From the NCBI RefSeq assembly GCF_000737315.1, contig NZ_JMCB01000007.1, positions 124,001-188,000 of the forward strand: a stretch of 64,000 nucleotides of DNA, in the 5' to 3' direction. This DNA comes from Hyalangium minutum. GTDB taxonomy: Bacteria; Myxococcota; Myxococcia; Myxococcales; Myxococcaceae. This document shows, piece after piece, positions 9,817 through 18,803 of the stretch. The notes below the pieces were generated by a model. That model saw only the letters and a list, made by a program, of their open reading frames with translations. It was not told the DNA's origin and searched no databases. Each line of letters starts with the position of its first letter. Positions within the stretch are counted from its first letter, which is position 1. The position numbers and the translations under genes were made by a program.

Positions 9817-10938
9817 GTGCGGATCCCGGACTTCAAGCTGGAGCGCTACTTCGCGCGGTGGGAGTTTTCCGCGCCCTACCTGCTGTGCACCTCGGACATC
9901 GAGGGCTGGCGCATGTCGGAGCTGCTGGCGATCGCGGACCCCGAGGCGCTCCGGCGGTGGGAGTCGCTGACGCTCGGCTACACCGAGTCCACCGGCTTGC
10001 CTGCCCTGCGCGAGGCCATCGCTGGGCTCTACACGAGCGTGTCCGCCGAGCAGGTGCTGACGTTCGCGGGCGCCGAGGAGGCGGTGTTCGTCCTGATGAA
10101 CGTGCTGCTGGGGCCGGGGGACCACGCGGTGGTGACGTGGCCGGGCTACCAGTCCTTATATGAGGTGGCGCGCGCGACGGGAGCGGAGGTGACACTGCTG
10201 CCGCTGAAGGAGGAGGAGGGCTGGGAGCTGGATCTGGGGGCGGTGCGGCAGGCGCTGCGGCCGGAGACGCGGCTGCTCGTGGTGAACTTCCCGCACAACC
10301 CCACGGGCGCGCTGCCGGGGCCCGCCACGTTCGAGGCGCTGTGTGAGCTGGCCGAGGAGCGGGGCATCTACCTGCTGTCCGACGAGGTGTACCGCCTGCT
10401 GGAGCACGCACCCGTGCGGACGCTGCCTGCGGCGGTGGAGCGGACCTCTCGGGGGCTCAGCCTGGGGGTGATGTCCAAGGCGTTCGGACTGGCGGGGCTG
10501 CGCGTGGGGTGGCTCGCGCTGCGGGACGCGGAGCTGCTGCGGAAGTGCGCGGCGTACAAGGACTACACCACCATCTGCAACAGCGCACCCAGCGAGGTGC
10601 TCGCGCTCATTGCGCTGCGAGCGAAGGAGAAGGTGCTGGCGCGCAGCCGCGCGATTCTCGAGGACAACCTGAAGCGGCTGGACGCGTTCTTCGAGCGCCA
10701 TGCGGACACGTTCCGCTGGGTGCGCCCGCGCGCAGGGAGCGTGGCCTTCCCGCGCCTGCTGCGAGACATGCCTGTCTCCGCGTTCTGCCAGGCGCTCGTC
10801 GAGCGCGAGGGCGTGCTGTTGCTGCCGGGAGACGTCTACGACTTCCCGGGCAATCACTTCCGGCTGGGGCTGGGGCGCACGCAGATGCCCGAAGCGCTCG
10901 CGCGGCTGGAGCGCTTTTGCGAGGCGACGTTCCGCTGA
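9817..10938 (+). CDS. PLP-dependent aminotransferase class I/II
   Basis: GTG start after a GGAGGA RBS; NFPHNPTG, DEVY and SKAFGLAGLRVGW motifs. Confidence 0.92.
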   Translation: MRIPDFKLERYFARWEFSAPYLLCTSDIEGWRMSELLAIADPEALRRWESLTLGYTESTGLPALREAIAGLYTSVSAEQVLTFAGAEEAVFVLMNVLLGPGDHAVVTWPGYQSLYEVARATGAEVTLLPLKEEEGWELDLGAVRQALRPETRLLVVNFPHNPTGALPGPATFEALCELAEERGIYLLSDEVYRLLEHAPVRTLPAAVERTSRGLSLGVMSKAFGLAGLRVGWLALRDAELLRKCAAYKDYTTICNSAPSEVLALIALRAKEKVLARSRAILEDNLKRLDAFFERHADTFRWVRPRAGSVAFPRLLRDMPVSAFCQALVEREGVLLLPGDVYDFPGNHFRLGLGRTQMPEALARLERFCEATFR

Positions 10939-11051
10939 CCCATACGGGGGACGGGGAAGTCCACGGTCAGTGAAATTTTCCTTGTAGTTCCACTTGTGCC
11001 TGAATTAACAGGATTCCTGCTTCGGCGGAATTGAACAGGACAGGTGGAACG

Positions 11052-12893
11052 ATGACGAGACAGCAAGTGATGCGGGGAGCGGTCGCAGCAGTGCTGGCGG
11101 CTGCGGGGCTGAACTGTGGCGGTGAGGCCGGCTGGGAGCCGCCGAAGCTGGGGGTGCAGGAGCAGTCTTCGGAGACGGTGATGGTGCCCACCGGCATCAC
11201 CACGGCGGCTCGCCTGGGACAGGGCCGGGATTGGGTGAAGGAGGAGCTGCGCAGCGAGTGCGTGCGCTCGGCCACCTCGGTGACGATTCCGTTGCAGCAG
11301 GCCAACCTGCGCTTCAGCAGCTCCATGCTGAGGGAAGAGGCCAGCGAGTCGCTGGGCTTCAGCCTGGAGGCCAAGGCCCGCTTCGGACTGGTGGATGCCA
11401 GCGCCAAGGCCCGCTTCAGCCGCTCGCTGACGAGCAGCTCGCTCTCGGTGGGCATGTTCTACATGGCGGACTACCGCCTGGGCATCCAGAAGCTGGACGA
11501 GGGCAGCCTGCAGTGGCTCGTGCAGCCGGGCAGCGCGGATTGGCTCTCGCGGTGTGGGGATGAGTTCATGCTGCAGAAGGAGGTGGGCGGCCAGCTCTAC
11601 CTGCTGTACCGCCTGGACTTCAGCTCGCTGTCGGCGCGGCAGGAGTTCGAGGCCTCGGTCGGGGTGAGCTGGCCGGCCGGGAGCGTGAACTCCCAGGTGT
11701 CCTCGCAGGCCAGCCGCTTCGCGGGGCGCGCCTCGGTGCACGTGGAGGCCTTCCAGTACGGCGGAGACGTGACGCGCCTGTCGAGCATCCTCGGGGGGGC
11801 GGCCGAGGCGGGCCGGGTGGTGCTGGACTGCAGCATGACGAACCTGGCGCCCTGCGGCGCCTTCATGCAGAACGCCATCACCTACGCCTCGGCCCAGGGA
11901 GCGGGCACCTTCTCGGATTCGCTCAACAGCCAGCCGGCGGATCGCGTCTACCTGTTCAAGGACTGGGGCATGCTCGGAGTTCCTGCTCCGGTGCGCACGG
12001 TGGGCGCCAGCGTCCAGCAGGCGCGCACGAGCCTGCGCCAGCTGTTCGATCAGCAGGTGGAGTTCCAGGAGCGCGTGGCCACGCTCAAGAGCGGCCGGCT
12101 GTACGTGTCGCCGGATCTGCGCTCTCGCCTGGACGCGCATGAGCTGGGCGTGCAGCGCAACCTCTCGCTGATCAGCGACGCGGTGAAGCGCTGCTATGAT
12201 CAGCTCACCGATCCGCAGAACCCCACCCTGGTGAATGACTGCGTAACGGGGAGTCAGCTCAGCACGCTCGTGTCCAAGGGATATGATCCCAACTTGACCA
12301 TCGCCGCGCTCAACGTCGACGTGCGGCTGCCCTTCGTGTTCGGCGGCATGTACCAGGTGGATGATTCGCGCTCTTCGCCGAATGACGTGGTGAACCCCTT
12401 CACGGGCACGGTGGGCTGCCCCTCGGGCTTCACCGCCATGCAGTTCGGCCGCATCTACACCCCCGAGCACCGCACGGGCGCCAACCAGTTCCTGTGCGTG
12501 GCGCCGCAGGGCACCGTTCAGGGATGGAGCTTTACGGGCCTCTTCCAGGTGGATGACCGGGGCTCTGCGGGCAACAACGTGTCGAACACCTTCGCGGGCG
12601 GGTTGCTGAATTGCCCTATGGGCACGGGCATCGCGTACCGCTTCGGCCGAGCCACCGGCCCTGAGAGCCTGTGGGGCGTGAACCAGAACCTGTGCAGCCT
12701 GGGGACGCGGACCTCGGAGAAGATGCCCCTGGGCGGCCTGTACCAGGTGGATGACTGCGGCCGGAACAACGTGGCCAACCCGCTCACGGGCACGCTGAGC
12801 TGCCCGGACGGCTTCGCCACGCTCCAGGTCGGCAGAGTGAAGACGCCCGAGAGCCGCTGCGGCGCCAACCAGTACCTCTGCAAGGCCTACTGA
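11052..12893 (+). CDS. Putative MACPF/CDC-like pore-forming lipoprotein with three C-terminal Perforin-2 P2-like repeats
   Basis: Lipobox GLNC; LGQGRD; degenerate MACPF signature CGDEF-x6-GG; second FQYGG; helical linker; 3x (F/L)(G/T)G(M/L)(Y/F)QVDD..N..(T/A)G...CP.G..C. Confidence 0.65.
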   Translation: MTRQQVMRGAVAAVLAAAGLNCGGEAGWEPPKLGVQEQSSETVMVPTGITTAARLGQGRDWVKEELRSECVRSATSVTIPLQQANLRFSSSMLREEASESLGFSLEAKARFGLVDASAKARFSRSLTSSSLSVGMFYMADYRLGIQKLDEGSLQWLVQPGSADWLSRCGDEFMLQKEVGGQLYLLYRLDFSSLSARQEFEASVGVSWPAGSVNSQVSSQASRFAGRASVHVEAFQYGGDVTRLSSILGGAAEAGRVVLDCSMTNLAPCGAFMQNAITYASAQGAGTFSDSLNSQPADRVYLFKDWGMLGVPAPVRTVGASVQQARTSLRQLFDQQVEFQERVATLKSGRLYVSPDLRSRLDAHELGVQRNLSLISDAVKRCYDQLTDPQNPTLVNDCVTGSQLSTLVSKGYDPNLTIAALNVDVRLPFVFGGMYQVDDSRSSPNDVVNPFTGTVGCPSGFTAMQFGRIYTPEHRTGANQFLCVAPQGTVQGWSFTGLFQVDDRGSAGNNVSNTFAGGLLNCPMGTGIAYRFGRATGPESLWGVNQNLCSLGTRTSEKMPLGGLYQVDDCGRNNVANPLTGTLSCPDGFATLQVGRVKTPESRCGANQYLCKAY

Positions 12894-12910
12894 GGACGGC
12901 CTGCCCGGAG

Positions 12911-12939
12911 AGCGGCGGGTTCGATTCCCGCCGCTTCCA
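12911..12939 (+). other. tmRNA/tRNA 3'-end-like fragment (T-arm GCGGG-TTCGATT-CCCGC then CGCTTCCA), also a 9-bp hairpin
   Basis: AGCGGCGGG-TTCGATT-CCCGCCGCT-TCCA; no complete tRNA or tmRNA body upstream. Confidence 0.5.
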
Positions 12940-12975
12940 TGCAGAACAACCCGCCGCTTTGAGCCGAGTCCGCTT

Positions 12976-13320
12976 CTAACGAGGAGATGCGTATCGCCTG
13001 CGGGGACCCAATCGCTTGGGCCTGTTGGCTGCGTTGAGTACCTCAACACCATGCCCGCTGGGTGGCCCCTGCGCCGGGGCCAGCCTCGCACCTGCAGTAG
13101 CCAGGCCCAGGTGCTTCAGGATCGCGCGCACCCCTCGTGCTCCCTTCACGTACGCCAACACCCGGCGCCTGCCTCCACACCTCACGCAGGCGAGCACGTC
13201 GAAGTCGCACGTCCTCCTCAGCACCTCGGCCCAGTCCACTCGCGGCGTCCTCTGCTTCATCCGCTCCGTTCTGGCCGCTGCCTCCTTCCCCGCTCTCGAC
13301 TCCTCCTCACCTGCTTGGGG
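12976..13320 (-). mobile_element. IS91-like (rolling-circle) transposase C-terminal remnant, truncated
   Basis: PQAGEEES..RTPRVDWAEVLRRTCDFDVLACVRCGGRRRVLAYV..ILKHLGL..ARLAPAQGPP zinc-ribbon tail; no HUH catalytic region. Confidence 0.75.
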
Positions 13321-13386
13321 GAGCGCCGCGAATGAAAGCGTGGATGCGCCAGACCGAGGCTGCGCTCGCGTCGCCGAGTTCCCCGC

Positions 13387-15465
13387 TCAGCTCGCTCCCT
13401 CGACCTCCACGAGGTTGTCGTAGAACGTCGCCCCGCCGCCCATGTCGGTCACCGCCTGCGAAGTCGTGTGGTTCACGTTCCGCCCATCAGGTGTGAGCGA
13501 GCTCAACCAGAGCGACGGAGCGACGACCACCCCCGGTCGCGCCCTCTCCGTCACGACGGCATCGGCCAGGAACGCGCCGCGATCGTTCCGGATACGTACC
13601 CTCTGGCCGCTGATGATCGAGCGCGCCGCCGCGTCGATGGGGTGGATCTCCAGGTGCGGGCCCTTCTCGAACCGCGCCAGCACATTGCTAAACGTGCTGT
13701 TCAAGAAGTAATGACCGGGCGGTGAGATCAGCGCCAGCGGATAGCGTGCAAAGAGCTCAGGGCTCGACGCGCTGCTCTCACGTGGGGGAGTCCATGTTGG
13801 CAGCGGGTCATGGCCGTCGCGGGCCATCCTCGCGGAGAAGAGCTCGCACTTGCCGGAGGGCGTCGAGAAGCCTCCTTCGGCGTACGGCGCGAACGGCGTC
13901 GGAACATTCAGGCGCACCGCTCCCTCGGCTTGAACGCGCTCGAGTGTGATCCCCGCGAGCCATGGGTGCTCGCTCTGCAGCGCCTGCCGCGCCATGGACT
14001 CGTCACTGTCCTGGAAGCACGGGTCGCTGAATCCCATGTGCGCCGCGAGCCTCCGGAAGAGGTCCGTATTCGGGATGGCCTCGCCGAGCGGCGCGATTGC
14101 CGCCGCGTTCCACATGACATACAGGTGACCGTAACCGATGTGCATATCCACGTGCTCGAGCTGCGTGGTCGCCGGGAGGAGGAGATCCGCGAAGTTGGCC
14201 GTGTCCGTGTGGAACTGCTCGTGAACGACCGTGAAGAGATCCTCGCGCCGGAGCCCGGCTTTGACGCGCTCCAGGTCGGGAGCCACACTGGCTGGATTCG
14301 AATTGTAGACAAAGAGGGCCTTGACGGGTGGGTCGGTGACCTCCGTGAGGATCCGCCCGAGCTCGACCATGTTGAGAGTGCGGGTGCCGGGCGGGATCAG
14401 CTCAAAACGCTGCAACGCGGCATGATTGACCGGGAAAGTTTCGTAGGTCCATAGCTGGACACCGCCAGAGGCGGAGCGCCATGCGCCGGTCACCGCGGGC
14501 AAGCACGAGATGGCGCGCACCGCCATCCCTCCGCCGGCGTGGCGCTGCATCCCGAAATTCAGGCGGATGGCTGCAGGCTTGCACGTCGCGTATTCAACCG
14601 CGAGGGCCTCGACCGACGCCGCTGGGATCCCGCAGATGGCCGCCACACGATCAGGCGGGTACTCGGCGGCGCGCTCTGCCAGCTCGTTTCGGCCCACGCA
14701 GTATCGGTCCATATAATCCTCGTCGCCGAGGCCGTCACGGAAGATGACGTGCATCATCCCGAGCGCCAGCGCCGCGTCAGTCCCCGGCAGCAGCGCGATA
14801 TGCTCATCGCACTGCTCCGCGGTCCGCGTCTTCCGTGGATCGATGGCTATCACCCTCGCCCCTCTCTTGCGCGCCGCAGTGACGAACGGCCAGAGGTGGG
14901 GGTTCGAGGTCAGCGTGTTGGTGCCCCACAGGAGGATCGTGCGCGCTCCGTCGAAGCACTCTGTATCCATGCCCATGGAACTACCCACGCTGTAGGCCAT
15001 GCCGACCACGCCGGCGGAGCCGCAGATCGTGCGATCGAGGAGCGAGGCGCCGAGCTTGTGGAAGAACCGTCGATCCATCGAATTGCTGTGCAGGAGCCCG
15101 AGCGTGCCGCTGAACGAGTACGGCAGGATTGCCTGCGCCCCCCACTCCGCGATGATCTCCTTGAACCGGTGCGCGATCTCGTCGAGCGCCTCCTTCCAGG
15201 AGATCGGCTCGAAGCGCCCCTCACCTTTCGCGCCCACGCGGCGCATCGGGTGGAGCACGCGGCCAGCATGATAGGTACGCTCCAGGTACCGAGAGACCTT
15301 CGCGCAGAGGAAGCCCCGAGTCGTCGGATGGTCGGGATCGCCTCGTACCTCGACAGCTCGGCCAGCCTTGACCGTGGTCAGCATGGCACAGGTGTCCGGG
15401 CAGTTGTGCGGGCACACGCTCCGCACGACTGTCGCTCCTGAGTCTTCGGTGATTGTGGCGCTCAT
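13387..15465 (-). CDS. Molybdopterin-dependent oxidoreductase catalytic subunit (MopB superfamily)
   Basis: CPHNCPDTC Fe-S motif, GFLCAK, YNSNP, ADLLLPATT and C-terminal molydop-binding domain. Confidence 0.92.
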   Translation of the reverse strand: MSATITEDSGATVVRSVCPHNCPDTCAMLTTVKAGRAVEVRGDPDHPTTRGFLCAKVSRYLERTYHAGRVLHPMRRVGAKGEGRFEPISWKEALDEIAHRFKEIIAEWGAQAILPYSFSGTLGLLHSNSMDRRFFHKLGASLLDRTICGSAGVVGMAYSVGSSMGMDTECFDGARTILLWGTNTLTSNPHLWPFVTAARKRGARVIAIDPRKTRTAEQCDEHIALLPGTDAALALGMMHVIFRDGLGDEDYMDRYCVGRNELAERAAEYPPDRVAAICGIPAASVEALAVEYATCKPAAIRLNFGMQRHAGGGMAVRAISCLPAVTGAWRSASGGVQLWTYETFPVNHAALQRFELIPPGTRTLNMVELGRILTEVTDPPVKALFVYNSNPASVAPDLERVKAGLRREDLFTVVHEQFHTDTANFADLLLPATTQLEHVDMHIGYGHLYVMWNAAAIAPLGEAIPNTDLFRRLAAHMGFSDPCFQDSDESMARQALQSEHPWLAGITLERVQAEGAVRLNVPTPFAPYAEGGFSTPSGKCELFSARMARDGHDPLPTWTPPRESSASSPELFARYPLALISPPGHYFLNSTFSNVLARFEKGPHLEIHPIDAAARSIISGQRVRIRNDRGAFLADAVVTERARPGVVVAPSLWLSSLTPDGRNVNHTTSQAVTDMGGGATFYDNLVEVEGAS

Positions 15466-15984
15466 CCGGAACAACGTATCACGCCGTCGTGCGGCACTTT
15501 CTCGACAGCCACGTCGCCGCCGACAGGCACGGCGGACGTTTCTGGATGGAGACGATCCGTTGAAAGCGCGGGATTTCGATCGCGGCGAGCGAGATCGTCC
15601 GGGCCACTGCGACGCCTCGAGTCCTTGTCAGTGCGAGGCGTTACCTCGTGAGACAAGCCGCAGTCCCCCAGATCGTTGGCCCGCGTTTCCGGGAGCTCGC
15701 TTCCACTGGTTACCTCCTGAGCGCCAATTCCGCAGGCCCGCGTATGTCCTGGTTGACCCACTTCGGGTCGTCGCCGACCCGCCGGAGCGCGCCGGAAAAA
15801 ATGGGGGAGTTCGAAGCCCGTGACCATGACGCGCCAAGTCAGCTTGTTCGTGACAAACATGTTCTACAGGGCTCTCGATTTTTAAAGAGCTGAGACCGTA
15901 CAGTGCGCGCGCTCCGTTGCTTGGTTTCTCGCCGGGCAGGGGCTCTCTCTTTCTCTCTCTCAGCCTTGAGCCGGAGGCGTTCGC

Positions 15985-16869
15985 ATGAAGACGCTGTTCA
16001 GCGCAGTCCTCGTTGCTGTCACCATCTTGGTAGCCCCTGAGGCTTCCGCGACCAACTACACGCTGTGGGTGCACGGCCGGAATGGCGGCAACACGCAGGC
16101 CGGTAACTACAACGACTTCAGCTACTGGGGCCCCAGCTCCACTGCGGCCGGCGTGAACAAGAAGGCCGTCAACTGGAACGGTACGCAGAGGGTCGGCGGG
16201 GAGAACTATCGCCTCCGCGACGCGCTCGACTGCTTCTGCACGGGCGCCAACTGGTGCTACCTGGTCGGGCACAGCGCCGGCAACCTGCAGATCGGCTACG
16301 CCCTGTCGCTCCATGGTGGCTCGACGCGCTACAAGAAGAACGCCTCCCCCAACGCCAGCGGCGTGTGCGGCAACCTGGACGGCACCACGCAGGTGGGCTG
16401 GAACATCAAGTGGGTGGACATCGCCTCGGGCGCGGGCGGCGGCAGTGAGCTCGCGGACCACGGTGACTGGGCCATGAGCGAGCCCCTGGTGAGCGATCTG
16501 GTCACCACTACGTCGCGCGCCATGTACAACCACAACACCACGCGCTCGCTGTGGTTCTACATGTTCGCGGGCGCCAAGGGCACGGCGTACTCCGGCATCC
16601 TCCCGGGCCAGGATGACGAGGCGGTGTCCTACCACTCCACGGGCGGCGTCTCCGGCTCCTCTGGCGGCTCCTACTGCAACCCCGGCGATCTGTTCTGCGG
16701 CGGGACGCTGAACACGGGCACCGCCGCGTGCAGTGATGGCCGGGCCAAGTGGAGCTACCACTCGGTGTCGCTGCGCGATACGGGCGAGGCCTACAACCAC
16801 TACGCCAACGGCAACTGGGCTGGCATCATCGGCCCCGTGCGCTCGGATGTCGTGACGTACGCCAAGTAG
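15985..16869 (+). CDS. Secreted alpha/beta-hydrolase (lipase-like)
   Basis: Signal peptide; WVHG oxyanion motif; nucleophile elbow GHSAG; DDEAV and YNHY as candidate Asp and His. Confidence 0.75.
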   Translation: MKTLFSAVLVAVTILVAPEASATNYTLWVHGRNGGNTQAGNYNDFSYWGPSSTAAGVNKKAVNWNGTQRVGGENYRLRDALDCFCTGANWCYLVGHSAGNLQIGYALSLHGGSTRYKKNASPNASGVCGNLDGTTQVGWNIKWVDIASGAGGGSELADHGDWAMSEPLVSDLVTTTSRAMYNHNTTRSLWFYMFAGAKGTAYSGILPGQDDEAVSYHSTGGVSGSSGGSYCNPGDLFCGGTLNTGTAACSDGRAKWSYHSVSLRDTGEAYNHYANGNWAGIIGPVRSDVVTYAK

Positions 16870-16877
16870 CTCACGCC

Positions 16878-18176
16878 ATGGACCCGAAGAGCCCCGCCCC
16901 GCCTCCCTCCTCGAGCGCTCGCCGCCTGCTGTGGCCGTTGGCGCTTGTGCCGCTGCTGTTGCTGGTGGCTGGGGTGGGGTGGTGGGTCATGGGGCTCGGC
17001 GAGTCCGGGCCGGACGAGGCCATCGAGGCCTCGTCCGTGCCCAAGTCGGGTTCGCCGTCCGAGGGGCCGGGCAGTGCTCGGGCCTCGCGGGCGGGTCCCG
17101 CTGCGCCGGTGGTTCCCAGCAAGGGTGCGGTTCCGGCTGCGGCGCCGCTGTCCCCCGGAGAGCAGGAGCGCGAGGCCCAGCGCGTGCTCTGGGAGAAGCG
17201 GTTGGAGCGGGCGAAGTTCTCGCTCGAGACGTACGTGAAGGGCACGCGCTACCCGCCGGAGTCTCGCCACATCCGTGAGCATCCGGATCAGGAGCAGCCC
17301 GCGGCGCCGGAGCGCACGCGGCCGCTGAAGAAGGACAGCGCGGACGTGCAGCTGCGGCTGAAGCAGGACAAGGTCTTCGTGGCAGGGGACGAGGTAGTGA
17401 CTTTCTCCGTGGGCTGCGAGGGGCAGACGCACCAGCCCCTGCCGTGCGAGGTGTTGAACGCACGGGCGCACGAGGCCGAGCACATGCTGGGAGGCCAGGA
17501 GCCGCTGGCGGGGGTGCCGCTGGCGTTCGTGGATGATGGCACTCGTGGGGATGCGCTGGCGGGGGATGGCACGCTGACGGCGAGCTTCCAGCCCTCGAAG
17601 CAGGGCTTCCCTCTGTTCTCCGGGACGTTGCGTGTTTCATTCCAGGTGCGCTCGGGCAACTCGGAGGGGACGGCGTTCTTCGATGTGCTGTTCACGCCCG
17701 CGCCGCCGGCCCGGTTCACGGGCAAGGTGCGCGAGGGGGTGGAGCGCGGCTCGCTGAAGCTCTACCTGGGGATCCAGGTGCGCAAGGCGGGGCGCTACGT
17801 GTTGGCGGCGCGCGTGGATGACGAGGCAGGAGTTCCGTTCGCGTACGTGACGTTCAACGACGAGCTGGCAGAGGGGGCGCAGGAGGTGGACTTCGTCGTC
17901 TTCGGCAAGCTCCTCCTCGACGAGGCGCCCACGTTCCCGCTGAAGCTGCGGGATGTGGAGGGCTTCCTGCTGAAGGAGGCGGGAGATCCGGACCGCGAGC
18001 TGCTGTCGACGCTCCGGGGCTACGTGCACACCACGCGCGAGTACCCCACGAATGTCTTCTCTGGAGAGGAGTGGCAGAGCGAGGAGCGCACGCGCTACAT
18101 CAACGAGTTCACCAAGGACGTGAACGAGGCCCAGAGCATGCTGGACCAGCTGGCTCCGCCCAAGGGCGCTCCCTGA
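16878..18176 (+). CDS. Membrane-anchored protein with choice-of-anchor X domain
   Basis: N-terminal TM helix, low-complexity linker, FVDDGTRGDALAGDG motif; 8 bp after the hydrolase stop. Confidence 0.75.
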   Translation: MDPKSPAPPPSSSARRLLWPLALVPLLLLVAGVGWWVMGLGESGPDEAIEASSVPKSGSPSEGPGSARASRAGPAAPVVPSKGAVPAAAPLSPGEQEREAQRVLWEKRLERAKFSLETYVKGTRYPPESRHIREHPDQEQPAAPERTRPLKKDSADVQLRLKQDKVFVAGDEVVTFSVGCEGQTHQPLPCEVLNARAHEAEHMLGGQEPLAGVPLAFVDDGTRGDALAGDGTLTASFQPSKQGFPLFSGTLRVSFQVRSGNSEGTAFFDVLFTPAPPARFTGKVREGVERGSLKLYLGIQVRKAGRYVLAARVDDEAGVPFAYVTFNDELAEGAQEVDFVVFGKLLLDEAPTFPLKLRDVEGFLLKEAGDPDRELLSTLRGYVHTTREYPTNVFSGEEWQSEERTRYINEFTKDVNEAQSMLDQLAPPKGAP

Positions 18177-18178
18177 CG

Positions 18179-18778
18179 TCAGAACACCACGCCGTCCAGC
18201 TTCTCCAGGGTGGCGCGAATGGCTTCCGGGGTGGTGCCTCTCCGCTTGGCCAACGCGGAGGCCGAGTACGTGACGGCCACCGTTGAGGGCCAATCCTGAT
18301 CAAAGTCGCTCATGACGATGGGGCCGATGTCGCCGGGCCATGGCGCCTCGCGCAACTCCTGTGCGCGTTTGAAGGTGTCGAGCAGGGTGAAACAAGGCCA
18401 GCGAGGGAAGCGCAGGGTTTGGGTGTCACACCCCAGGAAGCGGCACCCATCCATCTGAGCCTCGGAGAAGTCGCAATCCTCGATGCCGCCATCGGGAGGC
18501 GGGTGTGGATTGCTCCCGAAGTCATTGCCCGTGAGGCGGCCCGTGAATCGGCAACCCTTCAGGAAACTCGTGTACCACGAGAAGTTCTTCAGCTCCTGCT
18601 TCACATGGATGGTGCAGTCAATCAGCCGGGTTCGTGCGATGACGAGCGCCCGTGCGGGAACCTTCAGCACGAGCGTGCACTGCCGGAGCGTCAGGTCGTG
18701 GCCGAGGTAGTACAGCTCTGACTTGCTATCCAACACGAGCTGCTCATTGACGATTTCGCGGTCACTGAACTGGATCAT
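18179..18778 (-). CDS. Putative cognate immunity protein (beta-solenoid/pentapeptide-like)
   Basis: Starts 25 bp after the toxin stop; FLKGCRFTGRLTGNDF and IEDCDFSEAQMDGCRF repeats. Confidence 0.7.
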   Translation of the reverse strand: MIQFSDREIVNEQLVLDSKSELYYLGHDLTLRQCTLVLKVPARALVIARTRLIDCTIHVKQELKNFSWYTSFLKGCRFTGRLTGNDFGSNPHPPPDGGIEDCDFSEAQMDGCRFLGCDTQTLRFPRWPCFTLLDTFKRAQELREAPWPGDIGPIVMSDFDQDWPSTVAVTYSASALAKRRGTTPEAIRATLEKLDGVVF

Positions 18779-18803
18779 GGAAGGTGGGAACTCCGCCGTT
18801 TCT

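Noticed and set aside
9817-10938. Capreomycidine synthase (VioD-like) implying a peptide antibiotic cluster
   Set aside because: No NRPS or VioC-like oxygenase nearby; a generic class I/II aminotransferase is sufficient
12911-12939. Functional tRNA or tmRNA gene
   Set aside because: Only a T-arm and partial acceptor strand are present, directly after a CDS stop
15462-15900. Short ORFs in the gap between the oxidoreductase and the hydrolase
   Set aside because: No recognisable motif and inconsistent frames; possibly decayed foreign DNA
15943-15961. CT-dinucleotide run upstream of the hydrolase as a phase-variation tract
   Set aside because: Short and interrupted (CTCTCTCTTTCTCTCTCTC); not shown to lie in a promoter spacer
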